Shown: positions 18,562-28,136, counted from the first letter of the stretch. The stretch: DNA of 64,000 nucleotides from Dehalococcoidia bacterium (GCA_963663895.2 CAXXRD010000005.1:160408-224407), one strand, 5' to 3'. Notes: generated from the letters alone by a model not told the origin. Made by a program: numbers and translations.

Positions 18562-19116
18562 GTGACCGTACTGCTCGACCCCCAAGTGGTGGCCGATCAG
18601 TTGCGCGGCGCCGTGCCCGAGTCCACACCACGCGCCGATGCGTGGGCGGTGATCGTCGCGGCCGGCCATCTGGTCGAGGCGGTGCGCTTCTTGGCGGGAA
18701 GCGCGCTGGACCTTTCGTTCCTGGCCAGCTTGACGGCCGTCGATCGCGAATCGCACTTCGAGCTGGTCTACCATCTGCAGTCGCTAGACCGGAATCACCT
18801 GATCACGCTGAAGACGGTCGCGGAAGATCATGAGGCGCCGTGTGTTCCCTCCTTGACGGGGGAGTACCGGGGAGCGCATCTCCAGGAGCGTGAGGTCTTC
18901 GACCTAATGGGGATTCGCTTCGAGGGTCACCCGGACCTGCGCCGGATGTTTCTCTGGGATGGATTTCCTGGCTACCCGCTCCGGAAGGACTTTTTGGGCA
19001 TGCCCGGAACGCTGAGCGCCGGTCTGCCCGGCTTCCCGCATGAGAGCGGGGAAAACCGTTGGCCGGTGCCGGGGAGCACCCCAGTGATCCCGCAGAGCCG
19101 AGACCACGATCGCTGA
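18562..19116 (+). CDS. nuoC: NADH-quinone oxidoreductase subunit C
   Basis: EREVFDLMGIRFEGHPDLRRMFL. Follows nuoA by 1 nt, so there is no room for nuoB. Confidence 0.88.
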   Translation: MTVLLDPQVVADQLRGAVPESTPRADAWAVIVAAGHLVEAVRFLAGSALDLSFLASLTAVDRESHFELVYHLQSLDRNHLITLKTVAEDHEAPCVPSLTGEYRGAHLQEREVFDLMGIRFEGHPDLRRMFLWDGFPGYPLRKDFLGMPGTLSAGLPGFPHESGENRWPVPGSTPVIPQSRDHDR

Positions 19117-20237
19117 TGGCTAGCGAGACTCCGAAACGCGTGCACTCCGAGCCGGTCGTGGTCAACATTGGTCCACAGCACCCATCGACCCACGGTGTGT
19201 TCCGGCTCAAGGCCACGCTGGACGGCGAGATCATCCAGGACGTCGACATGTTGATCGGCTATCTGCATCGCTCCATGGAGAAATTGGCCGAGGAGCGCAC
19301 CTTCACGCAGAACATTCCCTTCACGGACCGGATCGACTATCTGGCGGCGATGTCGAACAACCTGTCCTACTGTCTGGCGGTTGAGAAACTCGCGGGGATA
19401 GAAGTCCCGCTGCGCGGTCAGTGGCTTCGCGTCCTGTTCGCCGAGCTGCAGCGGATCGCCAGCCACGCGATGGCCAACGGGACCTTCGTGAACGACTGCG
19501 GCGCTTGGCAGACGCCGCTGATGTACATGTTCCGCGAGCGCGAGAAGATCCTCGACCTCTTCGAGATGACCTGCGGCGCGCGCCTGACGACGAACTACAT
19601 GCGCATTGGCGGCGTCGCCTTCGACCCGCCGCTGGAGCTGTGGCCGGCGCTTTGCAGTCTGCTTGACGAGATGCCCGAGCGGCTCGAAGAGTACGCCGCG
19701 TTGACAGTCGATAACGAGATCGTGCTGGCACGTTCCAAAGGCGTGGGCGTGATCAGTGCCGAGGCGGCGCTCAACGCGTCCTTGAGCGGGCCGCTTTTGC
19801 GCGGCAGCGGCGTGCCCTGGGATCTGCGCAAGGCCGATCCGTACTGTGTTTACGACCAGCTGGATTTTGACATCCCCGTGGGTCGCGATGGGGACTGTTA
19901 CGATCGCTTCCGTGTGCGCCTTGAAGAGGTGCGCCAGAGCGTGCGGATCCTCAACCAGGTCGTGGAGCGCATCCCTGGCGGTCCCTGGCAAGCGGAGGTG
20001 CCGCTGCACCTGCGGCCCGCCGCCGGCGAGGCCTACGCGCGCATCGAATCGCCACGGGGCGAGTTGGGCTTCTATGTCGTCAGCGACGGCGGCCCCACCC
20101 CCTGGCGCTTCCACTGCCGCGCTCCCAGCTTGATCAACCTGTCCGCACTTAAGGAGATGACGGTGGGGCGCTCGCTCGCGGATGCGATCGTGACCCTCGG
20201 CTCGATCGATATCGTGGTGGGAGAGATCGACCGGTGA
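19116..20237 (+). CDS. nuoD: NADH-quinone oxidoreductase subunit D
   Basis: VNIGPQHPSTHGVFRL and ESPRGELGFYVVSDG. ATG overlaps the nuoC stop. Confidence 0.92.
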   Translation: MASETPKRVHSEPVVVNIGPQHPSTHGVFRLKATLDGEIIQDVDMLIGYLHRSMEKLAEERTFTQNIPFTDRIDYLAAMSNNLSYCLAVEKLAGIEVPLRGQWLRVLFAELQRIASHAMANGTFVNDCGAWQTPLMYMFREREKILDLFEMTCGARLTTNYMRIGGVAFDPPLELWPALCSLLDEMPERLEEYAALTVDNEIVLARSKGVGVISAEAALNASLSGPLLRGSGVPWDLRKADPYCVYDQLDFDIPVGRDGDCYDRFRVRLEEVRQSVRILNQVVERIPGGPWQAEVPLHLRPAAGEAYARIESPRGELGFYVVSDGGPTPWRFHCRAPSLINLSALKEMTVGRSLADAIVTLGSIDIVVGEIDR

Positions 20238-21505
20238 GTGCTTGGCTCTTGGCGGCCTGGTACGACCTGCGCGACCTCAGCGGCATCAGCCGGGAGATTA
20301 CGGAGTGGGTTGCCAGCTGGGGGCCGGAGTGGCTTGCCTCCGCGGTATCGGGCGCGATCGGAGCGATCGCCATTCTCGCCGTTATTGGCCCGACGCTCAT
20401 GATCCTGATCTGGACGGAGCGGAAGGTCATCGCGCGATTGCAGGTGCGCTACGGCCCCAACCGCGTGGGACCGCGCGGGCTGCTGCAGCCCGTCGCGGAC
20501 GCCGTCAAACTCATCCTCAAAGAGGAGCTGGTGCCGCGCGCGGCGGACAAATGGCTGTTTTTCCTGCCGCCGGTTCTGGTGTTCATCCCGGCGCTGCTGG
20601 TGTGGGGCGTGCTGCCCTTCGGACCGCATATGCAAGTCGCCGACTTGAATGTGGGCGTGTTGTTCTTGCTTGCGGTCTCCGGCACGAACGTGCTTGCCGT
20701 CTTCATCGCCGGCTGGGCGTCGAACAATAAGTACGCGCTGTTCGGCGCGATGCGTGTGATCGCGATGACGATCAGCTACGAGATCGCGATGGTGTTGGCG
20801 CTGCTGACGGTCGTATTCCTCACCGGGACGATGAGCATTAACGGCATCGTGCTGTGGCAGCAGCAAGAGGACCTGATCTTGATCGTGCTTCTGCCGATGA
20901 CCGCACTGACTTTCTTGCTCGGCGCCACCGCGGAACTCAATCGCACGCCGATGGATATCGCGGAAGCGGAGTCGGAGATCGTGGCCGGGTACCACACCGA
21001 GTACTCGGGCATGCGCTTCGGCTTGTTCTACGCCGTCGAGCTGGCGAACACGCTTGTGATGTCCGCTTTCATGGCAACGTTCTTCTTGGGTGGCTGGTGG
21101 CTCTGGGGTCTGGATGCATGGGTGCCGAGCTGGATCATTCTGCTCGCCAAGACATCGCTGGTGTACTTCGTCTTCATCTGGCTGCGCGGGACGCTGCCGC
21201 GGCTTCGGATCGATCAGCTGATGGCGTTCTGCTGGAAGTTATTGGTGCCTGCCGGGCTCCTATTCGTGGCGATAGCGGCTGTGGAGCACACGTTGCTTTC
21301 CGAGTACGCCTGGGACCGCACGATCGCGCTGCCGGTGATGGCGGTGATCAATGCGGCCGTGACGGTTGCCGTGATTGGCGCATACGCTCGGGCGACCGGG
21401 GCAGGCGCGCATAGAGCGTCCGCGGGCCCGCGGATGGCGCGCGGGCGGCTGGGCGGGCTGCGGGCCGCTCGGCAGCTGGCTCAAGCACCGAGCGGGGGCG
21501 ACTAA
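20234..21505 (+). CDS. nuoH: NADH-quinone oxidoreductase subunit H (with N- and C-terminal extensions)
   Basis: Motifs ERKVIARLQVRYGPNRVGPRGLLQP and EAESEIVAGYHTEYSG. At 423 aa it is longer than usual. Confidence 0.9.
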   Translation: MSAWLLAAWYDLRDLSGISREITEWVASWGPEWLASAVSGAIGAIAILAVIGPTLMILIWTERKVIARLQVRYGPNRVGPRGLLQPVADAVKLILKEELVPRAADKWLFFLPPVLVFIPALLVWGVLPFGPHMQVADLNVGVLFLLAVSGTNVLAVFIAGWASNNKYALFGAMRVIAMTISYEIAMVLALLTVVFLTGTMSINGIVLWQQQEDLILIVLLPMTALTFLLGATAELNRTPMDIAEAESEIVAGYHTEYSGMRFGLFYAVELANTLVMSAFMATFFLGGWWLWGLDAWVPSWIILLAKTSLVYFVFIWLRGTLPRLRIDQLMAFCWKLLVPAGLLFVAIAAVEHTLLSEYAWDRTIALPVMAVINAAVTVAVIGAYARATGAGAHRASAGPRMARGRLGGLRAARQLAQAPSGGD

Positions 21506-21567
21506 CAGCCGCCTCTGGAGCGGCGTAAACAGGGCTGGCTTCGGCTGGTCAGTGCAGGCGAGGGTAC

Positions 21568-22128
21568 GTGGACGGCGTCGGACACCACTTAGCGTTTTGG
21601 TCGTTGGCGGTGATCACCGTTGGCGCCGCGCTCGGCATTCTTGTCAGCCGCAACCTCATTCACGCGATGGTTATGCTGATCTTGAGCTTCATCGGCGTCG
21701 CGGGCCTCTATCTATTGCTCTCGGCAGAGTTCATCGCCGTCGTCCAGATCTTGGTCTACGTCGGCGCCATTTCGGTGCTCATGCTGTTCGCGATCCTGCT
21801 CACTCCACGGGCGGCGCGGGATAATGCCGAAACGGCGATGCGCTACCCGGGATTGATTTTGATGGGCTTGGTCATCGCCGCGACCGTGTTCGTTGCACTC
21901 GAGACCGACTGGGGCGCCGTCCGCGAGGAGCCGGTGACGGAGTCGGCACGGATCATCGGCCAGTCGTTGATCAATGAATTCGTACTGCCGTTCGAGATCG
22001 CCGCCGTGCTGCTGACGGCGGCACTGGTCGGCGCAGTGGCGCTGGCACGCCGCGACGACGAGGATATCGACGCGCATGAACAGAGCCTGACCCTGGAGGG
22101 TCGGGAGGATTCGGGCGGAAGCTCGTGA
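21568..22128 (+). CDS. nuoJ: NADH-quinone oxidoreductase subunit J
   Basis: AEFIAVVQILVYVGAISVLMLFAILL. Confidence 0.88.
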   Translation: MDGVGHHLAFWSLAVITVGAALGILVSRNLIHAMVMLILSFIGVAGLYLLLSAEFIAVVQILVYVGAISVLMLFAILLTPRAARDNAETAMRYPGLILMGLVIAATVFVALETDWGAVREEPVTESARIIGQSLINEFVLPFEIAAVLLTAALVGAVALARRDDEDIDAHEQSLTLEGREDSGGSS

Positions 22129-22439
22129 CGATTGGGCTCGAACACTTTTTGGTGCTGGGGGCGCTGCTTTTCGGAGTGGGGTTGTACGTGGCGCTGGCCA
22201 AGCGCAACGCAATCGGCGTGCTGATGGGCGTCGAGTTGATGCTGAACGCGGTCAATTTAACGCTGGTGGCCTTTGGGCGTTTCGTGGAGAGTGAGGTAGC
22301 GCTGTCCACGAGCGTGTTCGTCGTGTTCATCATCGCAGTGGCGGCGGCGGAGATCGCGGTGGGTCTGGCACTCGCGATGGTCGTCTACCGCAATCGCGAC
22401 ACGATCAACGTCGATCGTGTGAACTTGCTGAAGTGGTAG
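22125..22439 (+). CDS. nuoK: NADH-quinone oxidoreductase subunit K
   Basis: 104-aa three-TM protein with GVELMLNAVNLTLVAF. Confidence 0.9.
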   Translation: MTIGLEHFLVLGALLFGVGLYVALAKRNAIGVLMGVELMLNAVNLTLVAFGRFVESEVALSTSVFVVFIIAVAAAEIAVGLALAMVVYRNRDTINVDRVNLLKW

Positions 22440-22445
22440 GCCGGC

Positions 22446-22646
22446 ATGTGGGCTGAGCTGATGGAGGTTCCGAACCGCTACGTGGCGGAGACGTGGCGTG
22501 AACTCTTCCACGCCGAGGGGATCGCGACGCGCCTCATCGTTACCGCTCCGCCGGAGGACGCTGTCGTGAGTGACTTCACGCCGCGCAAGATTTTCGTCCC
22601 CGATTCGAAGACGCACGTCGCGCGCGAAGTGATGCGCAAGGTTTGA
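22446..22646 (+). CDS. Small soluble protein embedded in the nuo operon (DUF2007-like pattern)
   Basis: 66-aa ORF fills the nuoK-nuoL gap exactly. Its stop overlaps the nuoL ATG (TGATG). The pattern VPNRYVAETWRELFHAEGIATRLI...IFVPDSKTHVAREVM resembles small beta-alpha-beta DUF2007 proteins. Confidence 0.5.
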   Translation: MWAELMEVPNRYVAETWRELFHAEGIATRLIVTAPPEDAVVSDFTPRKIFVPDSKTHVAREVMRKV

Positions 22647-24580
22647 TGAGCGCGCCGGTTTCCGAAGTCGTCGTTTGGCTGATTCTCGGGCTTCCAGTCG
22701 CGTCCTTCGTTCTGATCGCGGCGCTTTACCCGGTGCTGCGCAGATATCCGGCCCCCGCCGGATGGATCGCGATGCTCGCGATTGGGGGATCGCTGGGGAT
22801 CTCGGTCTGGCTGCTGATGGAAGCGATCGGCGCCGCCGGCCGGCCACTGGACTTCGAGACCCACGAGTTGGTCGATGTGGGATCGCTCTTGATCACGATC
22901 GGCATCCGGCTGGACGGGTTGACCGCCGTGATGACGGTGGTGGTAACGGCGGTATCGCTCTTAGTCCAAGTCTACTCGACCGGCTACATGCGCGGCGACC
23001 GCGGTTACGCGCGCTACTTCGCTTACATGTCGCTCTTCACGGCGGCGATGTTGGGCCTGGTGCTCGTCGATAACTTGGTGGTGCTGTTCGCCTTCTGGGA
23101 GCTTGTCGGTCTGGCCTCGTACTTGCTGATTGGCTTTTGGTTCCACAAACCCGCGGCGGCGGCCGCCGCCAAGAAGGCATTCCTCGTCACGCGCGCCGGC
23201 GATTTGGGGCTCTTGGCCGCGCTGATCTTTATCTGGGTGCGCGCCGGCACCTTGGATATCGCCACGATTAACACAGAGGTCGTGGGTGCAGTGGAGCTGG
23301 GGTTGCTGGGGCAGACGACCCTGACATTGTTTGCGGTCGGGCTGGTGGCGGGCGCGGTGGGCAAAAGCGCGCAGTTTCCGCTGCATATCTGGTTGCCGGA
23401 TGCGATGGAGGGACCGACGCCGGTCTCTGCGCTTATCCACGCGGCGACGATGGTCGTGGCGGGGGTCTACCTGTTAGGCCGCTTCTTCCCGGTGCTGGAG
23501 GCATCCGCGACCGCGAGTGACTTGATCGCGTGGATCGGCGTCGGGACGGCGCTCGGTGCGGGCTTAGTCGCGGTGGTGCAGACCGATATCAAGCGCGTAC
23601 TGGCCTACTCCACGATCAGTCAAATCGGCTACATGATGTTCGCGCTGGGCACGGGGGCCTACGCCGCCGCGTTCTTCCACTTGATGACTCACGCCTTCTT
23701 CAAAGCGCTGCTCTTCCTGGGCGCGGGCTCGGTCAACCACGCGACCAATACGTTTGATATGCGGCGCATGGGCGGGTTGCGCACCGTGATGCCGGTGACA
23801 TACCTGACCTTCGTGATCGGCGCGCTCTCCCTCTCCGGAGTGATTCCGCTGGCCGGCTTTTGGTCGAAAGATGAGATCTTGATCGAGGCCTGGGATCACC
23901 AGCCAGCGATCTTCGCCATTGCCCTCGTCGCGTCGGGGTTGACGGCGTTCTACATGTTCCGCGCGATCGTTCTGACCTTTCACGGCTCCTACCGGGGCGG
24001 CGGACAGCCGGAGCCGGGCGGGCATGGCGGTGACGCCGCTCACCCGCATGAGTCGTCTTGGAGCATGCGCGGAGTGCTGGTGCTGTTGGCAGTCCCCGCT
24101 GTTGCGGCCGGGTTCCTCACCTTCGGCGGTGAGTTTCAGACCTGGGTCCTGGGAGCGCTACCGCATCCGGAGGAAGGGCACTTCGTCTTTGATCTCGGCG
24201 TGTTCTTGGCATCGACGATCGTCGCGGCGGCTGGCATCGGCGGCGCGGTAGCGATCTACCGGCTGCGGCTCATCAACGTCGCGGCGCTGCGGACCGGGAT
24301 GCTGCGCCCGGTGTATCGCGCGCTCGAGAGCAAGCTCTACATGGACCTGTTGGTTGAGGACTGGCTGGTACGGCGCTTCTTCCACGGGGGGTTGGTGAAG
24401 GCTATGGCGCGCGTTGATGAGCAAGGGGTCGATCGGGCCTTGGACGGAGTCTGGCACGTGAGCTTCGAGGCGGGGCGCTGGGGGCGCTTGGTGCAGAACG
24501 GACAAGTCCAGATGATGGCGGTGGCGTTGGTTGCTGGCGGTGTCGTGGTTTGGGGCGCCGTCGTGCTCTTCTGGGCGTGA
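22646..24580 (+). CDS. nuoL: NADH-quinone oxidoreductase subunit L
   Basis: Antiporter-like subunit with WEL(V)GL(A)SYLLIGFW and SAQFPLHIWLPDAMEGPTPVSALIHAATMV. ATG 22646 (an in-frame TTG lies at 22643). Confidence 0.92.
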   Translation: MSAPVSEVVVWLILGLPVASFVLIAALYPVLRRYPAPAGWIAMLAIGGSLGISVWLLMEAIGAAGRPLDFETHELVDVGSLLITIGIRLDGLTAVMTVVVTAVSLLVQVYSTGYMRGDRGYARYFAYMSLFTAAMLGLVLVDNLVVLFAFWELVGLASYLLIGFWFHKPAAAAAAKKAFLVTRAGDLGLLAALIFIWVRAGTLDIATINTEVVGAVELGLLGQTTLTLFAVGLVAGAVGKSAQFPLHIWLPDAMEGPTPVSALIHAATMVVAGVYLLGRFFPVLEASATASDLIAWIGVGTALGAGLVAVVQTDIKRVLAYSTISQIGYMMFALGTGAYAAAFFHLMTHAFFKALLFLGAGSVNHATNTFDMRRMGGLRTVMPVTYLTFVIGALSLSGVIPLAGFWSKDEILIEAWDHQPAIFAIALVASGLTAFYMFRAIVLTFHGSYRGGGQPEPGGHGGDAAHPHESSWSMRGVLVLLAVPAVAAGFLTFGGEFQTWVLGALPHPEEGHFVFDLGVFLASTIVAAAGIGGAVAIYRLRLINVAALRTGMLRPVYRALESKLYMDLLVEDWLVRRFFHGGLVKAMARVDEQGVDRALDGVWHVSFEAGRWGRLVQNGQVQMMAVALVAGGVVVWGAVVLFWA

Positions 24581-24596
24581 GGAGCGTGCACGCATA

Positions 24597-26186
24597 ATGG
24601 GCGAGGGCTTTCCCATCCTCTCGATCCTGGTGTTCTTGCCCCTGGCTGGGGCGCTGCTGATCGCGCTCTTGCCGGGCCAGCGGGTGCCCTGGCCGGCGGC
24701 CGCGGTGCGTGCCCTGCCGGGTAACCAGCAAGCGCATGCCAAGTGGATCGCGCTCGCGGTCGCGTTCGCCACGCTGGTGATTGCGCTGGTGCTGTTCGTT
24801 CTCTTCGACCGCGCCGACAGTGGCTTTCAGTTCACCGATACGTTCCTGTGGATCAGCGCGCAGGATGCGGGGTTCGATGTTTCGTACGCCTTCGGCGTCG
24901 ACGGGCTGTCGATGCCGCTGGTGCTGCTGACGGGGTTGCTCACCACTATCGCCGTCCTGATCTCCTGGCGGATCGACGTGCGGCCCAAAGAGTACTTCGC
25001 CTGGCTGCTGGTGTTGGAGACGTCAGTCCTGGGCGTGTTCACGTCGTTGGACCTGATCTTCTTCTTCATCTTCTGGGAGCTCGAACTCTTGCCGATGTTC
25101 TTCCTGATCAGCGTCTGGGGAAGCGGGCGGCGTAGCTACTCGGCCATGAAGTTCGTCCTGTTCACTTTCTTCGGTTCCGCCTTCATGCTCGTCGGCTTCT
25201 TGGTCATGGGCGTGGTGGCCGGCACCTTCGATATGCGGGAGATCCAAGAGTCGGCGCTGGCGGGCGCGGTGCTGCCGGTACCCGCGATCTTCGCCTTCAT
25301 CTTCCTCGCATTCGGGATCAAGCTGCCGCTGGTTCCCGTCCACACGTGGCTGCCCGACGCGCACACCGACGCGCCCACCGCGGCGTCGGTGATGCTGGCG
25401 GGCGTCCTGCTCAAGATGGGGGGATACGGCATCCTGCGCTTGCTGTTCACGCTGATGCCGGAGACCGCTGCTGCAGCCGATGTGGCGCTGGCGATCCTCG
25501 CGGCCGTTTCGATCATCTACGGGGCGGTGATCACGGTGCGCCAGACCGATCTAAAGCGGCTGGTGGCCTACTCGTCCGTGTCGCATATGGGATTCGTGCT
25601 GTTGGGCGTTGCCGGGCTGGGCGTGGTGGGGATGAGCGGGGCGGCGATGCAGTTGGTGACGCACGGGCTGATCACCGGGATGCTGTTTGTGGTGGTGGGG
25701 ATGATCTACGACCGAACCCATACCCGTCAGATCTCAGCGATGCGGGGGCTGGCCCATTACCTGCCGCTGCTTAGCACGATGCTGGTCTTCGCAGGGCTAG
25801 CGGGGTTGGGACTTCCGGCCCTGGCGGGGTTTGTCTCCGAGGTGACGGTGTTCTTGGGCGCGTTCGGACGGCATGAGCCGCAGACGGCGGTGGCGCTGGT
25901 CGGGGTGCTGCTGGCTGCGGGCTATGTGCTATGGGCTCTGCAACGGTCGGTCTTCGGGCCGCGTGATGAGCGTTGGCGAGAACTGCAGGACGTGCGGGCC
26001 TGGTGGGAGTTTCTGCCGCTCGGGGCGCTGGTGAGCCTGATCGTCTTGCTGGGTGTGTACCCATCGGTGGTTTTGGACGTCTTCGAGTTGGGCGTGCGGC
26101 CGATCGCCGAGGGGATCGCGGTCTTCCAGCCTGACATCGTCGAGAGCGAGGCCTTGGAGGTCGCTCGACTGGGGAGGGGCGGCTGA
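24597..26186 (+). CDS. nuoM: NADH-quinone oxidoreductase subunit M
   Basis: Motifs FFFIFWELELLPMFFLI and VHTWLPDAHTDAPTAASVMLAGVLLKMG. Start trimmed to ATG 24597. Confidence 0.92.
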   Translation: MGEGFPILSILVFLPLAGALLIALLPGQRVPWPAAAVRALPGNQQAHAKWIALAVAFATLVIALVLFVLFDRADSGFQFTDTFLWISAQDAGFDVSYAFGVDGLSMPLVLLTGLLTTIAVLISWRIDVRPKEYFAWLLVLETSVLGVFTSLDLIFFFIFWELELLPMFFLISVWGSGRRSYSAMKFVLFTFFGSAFMLVGFLVMGVVAGTFDMREIQESALAGAVLPVPAIFAFIFLAFGIKLPLVPVHTWLPDAHTDAPTAASVMLAGVLLKMGGYGILRLLFTLMPETAAAADVALAILAAVSIIYGAVITVRQTDLKRLVAYSSVSHMGFVLLGVAGLGVVGMSGAAMQLVTHGLITGMLFVVVGMIYDRTHTRQISAMRGLAHYLPLLSTMLVFAGLAGLGLPALAGFVSEVTVFLGAFGRHEPQTAVALVGVLLAAGYVLWALQRSVFGPRDERWRELQDVRAWWEFLPLGALVSLIVLLGVYPSVVLDVFELGVRPIAEGIAVFQPDIVESEALEVARLGRGG

Positions 26187-27655
26187 TGCTGGGTGAAGTC
26201 AACCTCTTCGGGCCGCAACTCGTTTTGATGTGCGTCGGCGGCATGTTGCTGGTGGCGGAGCTGGTCGTGCGCGATCGCCGGGTGCTCGTCGCCATTGCCA
26301 TGGCGGCCGTGCTCGGCGCTGTGGCTTACAGCGCCATCCTTCTCGCCGATGGCAAAGTCGGGCGCACCGCTTTCGACGAGGTGTTGGTCTTTGATCAGTT
26401 CGCGCTGTTCTTCCAGTTCCTGCTGGGTGGCGTGGCATTGGCGGTGATCGCGGCGTCGTGGGACGCGCTGGCTCGCTTCCCGTCGCGCCAGGGCGAGTAC
26501 CTTGCCCTGCTGCTGTTCAGTACGGCCGGCTTGATGCTCTTGGCGGGGACGCGGGATCTGATCGGTATCTTCGTGGCCCTGGAGCTCACCAGCATCTCCC
26601 AGTACATCCTGGTCGGCTTTCATAAGGATCGCCTCTCCAGTGAGGCAGGGCTGAAGTATCTGCTGCTTGGGGCGATCGCTTCTGCGGTCTTGCTCTACGG
26701 GATGGCGATCCTGTTGGGGTTGAGTGGATCGACCAATCTGAGCGCCATCGCCGAATACGTCGCCGATGGCGACAGCGGGGTTATCGAGGCGCTGCTGCTC
26801 GCGATGGTGTTCCTGATCGTCGGCTTCGGATTCAAAGCGGCCATCGTGCCTTTCCAGATGTGGGTGCCCGATGTTTACCAAGGCGGCCCCACGCCCATTG
26901 CGGCCTATCTCTCTGTGGCCTCCAAGGCGGCTGCTTTCGCCATTCTGATACGCGTGTTTCTGGAAGCGCTCGGCGCCGAGCTGCTCAGCGCGCACTGGTC
27001 GACGATCTTCGCCGTGCTGGCGGTGCTCTCGATGTTCGTGGGCAACATCCTGGCGATTCAGCAGTCGGACCTCAAACGGATGCTGGGCTACTCGTCCATC
27101 GCACAGGCGGGCACGATCTTGATCGGCCTCGCAGCGATCACGGCGGACCGTTCGATCGCTCTGGGATCAGGGGGAATTCTGTTCTATTTGGCGGGATACG
27201 CCGTTACCAATCTGACCGCGTTCCTGGTTGTGATCGCGGTCTTCAATCGGATCGGGTCGTGCGAGATCGATGCCTATCGCGGACTGGGGAAGCGTGCGCC
27301 GTTGCTCGGGGCTTTGCTCGCCTTCAGCCTGATCTCCCTCACGGGCTTTCCGCCGACCGCAGGATTCTTCGGTAAGGTCTACCTGTTTGACGCCGCAGTC
27401 CAGAGCGATTTGGCCTGGCTGGCCGTGGTCGGGGTCGTGAACTCGGTGATCAGCGCCGTCTACTATCTCCGCCCGGTGAAGGCGATGTTCATTGACGAGA
27501 CTGCGTCCACCGTCGAGATGCCCGCGCGCTGGCGCCCCAACGCACCGCTTGCCCTGACACTGGGCCTGACGAGCGCGGGCGTGCTCGTGATCGGGCTGGC
27601 GCCCTCGCTGCTCATCGATGTCGCCAATGAGGCGGTCACCATCTTCGTTGGCTAA
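26186..27655 (+). CDS. nuoN: NADH-quinone oxidoreductase subunit N
   Basis: Motifs PFQMWVPDVYQGGPTPIAAYLSVASKAA and LKRMLGYSSIAQAG. Confidence 0.92.
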   Translation: MLGEVNLFGPQLVLMCVGGMLLVAELVVRDRRVLVAIAMAAVLGAVAYSAILLADGKVGRTAFDEVLVFDQFALFFQFLLGGVALAVIAASWDALARFPSRQGEYLALLLFSTAGLMLLAGTRDLIGIFVALELTSISQYILVGFHKDRLSSEAGLKYLLLGAIASAVLLYGMAILLGLSGSTNLSAIAEYVADGDSGVIEALLLAMVFLIVGFGFKAAIVPFQMWVPDVYQGGPTPIAAYLSVASKAAAFAILIRVFLEALGAELLSAHWSTIFAVLAVLSMFVGNILAIQQSDLKRMLGYSSIAQAGTILIGLAAITADRSIALGSGGILFYLAGYAVTNLTAFLVVIAVFNRIGSCEIDAYRGLGKRAPLLGALLAFSLISLTGFPPTAGFFGKVYLFDAAVQSDLAWLAVVGVVNSVISAVYYLRPVKAMFIDETASTVEMPARWRPNAPLALTLGLTSAGVLVIGLAPSLLIDVANEAVTIFVG

Positions 27656-28136
27656 GGGGGGAAAGCGCCCCGTCCCGCACCGGATCAGCGTTGCGGTGGA
27701 CCGAAGATACCGCCGTCGCGTTGATGCGAGCCTGTTGCGAGACACGGCCGTGGGCACGCTCTGCTCCCGGCGGCTGCGCTTGGCTCGAGCGGTGGCCATC
27801 ACCGTCACGGACACGGAAAGCGTCCGGCGTCTGAACCGCGACTACCTTGGACTGGACGAACCCACTGACGTGCTCGCGTTCGAGACCCGTTTCGAAGGGG
27901 TGCGGGGGCCGGATGGCGTGGAGGAGCTGGGCGCGGTTGTGATCGCGCTGCCGGTAGCGGCGCGCGGCGCGCGAGCGCGGGGCGTCACTCTGGAGGACGA
28001 GCTGGCGCTGCTGGTCGTGCACGGGACACTCCATTTGCTTGGAGTGGATCACGCTACGCGGCGCGACGATGCGGCCATGCGCGAGATGGAGCGCGTCGCG
28101 CTGGAGCGCGTTGGTCGTCCGGGAGCGGTGCGGTGA
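27618..28136 (+). CDS. ybeY: Endoribonuclease YbeY (rRNA maturation)
   Basis: Motifs EPTDVLAF and HGTLHLLGVDH. Start uncertain (ATG 27618 or 27627; both overlap the nuoN 3-prime end). Confidence 0.85.
   Translation: MSPMRRSPSSLAKGGKRPVPHRISVAVDRRYRRRVDASLLRDTAVGTLCSRRLRLARAVAITVTDTESVRRLNRDYLGLDEPTDVLAFETRFEGVRGPDGVEELGAVVIALPVAARGARARGVTLEDELALLVVHGTLHLLGVDHATRRDDAAMREMERVALERVGRPGAVR

Noticed and set aside
18972-20995. Minus-strand ORFs 18972-20114 (380 aa) and 20072-20995 (307 aa)
   Set aside because: They are antisense to nuoD and nuoH, whose identity is unambiguous.
25922-26995. 357-aa minus-strand ORF
   Set aside because: It is antisense to nuoM and nuoN and is a shadow ORF.
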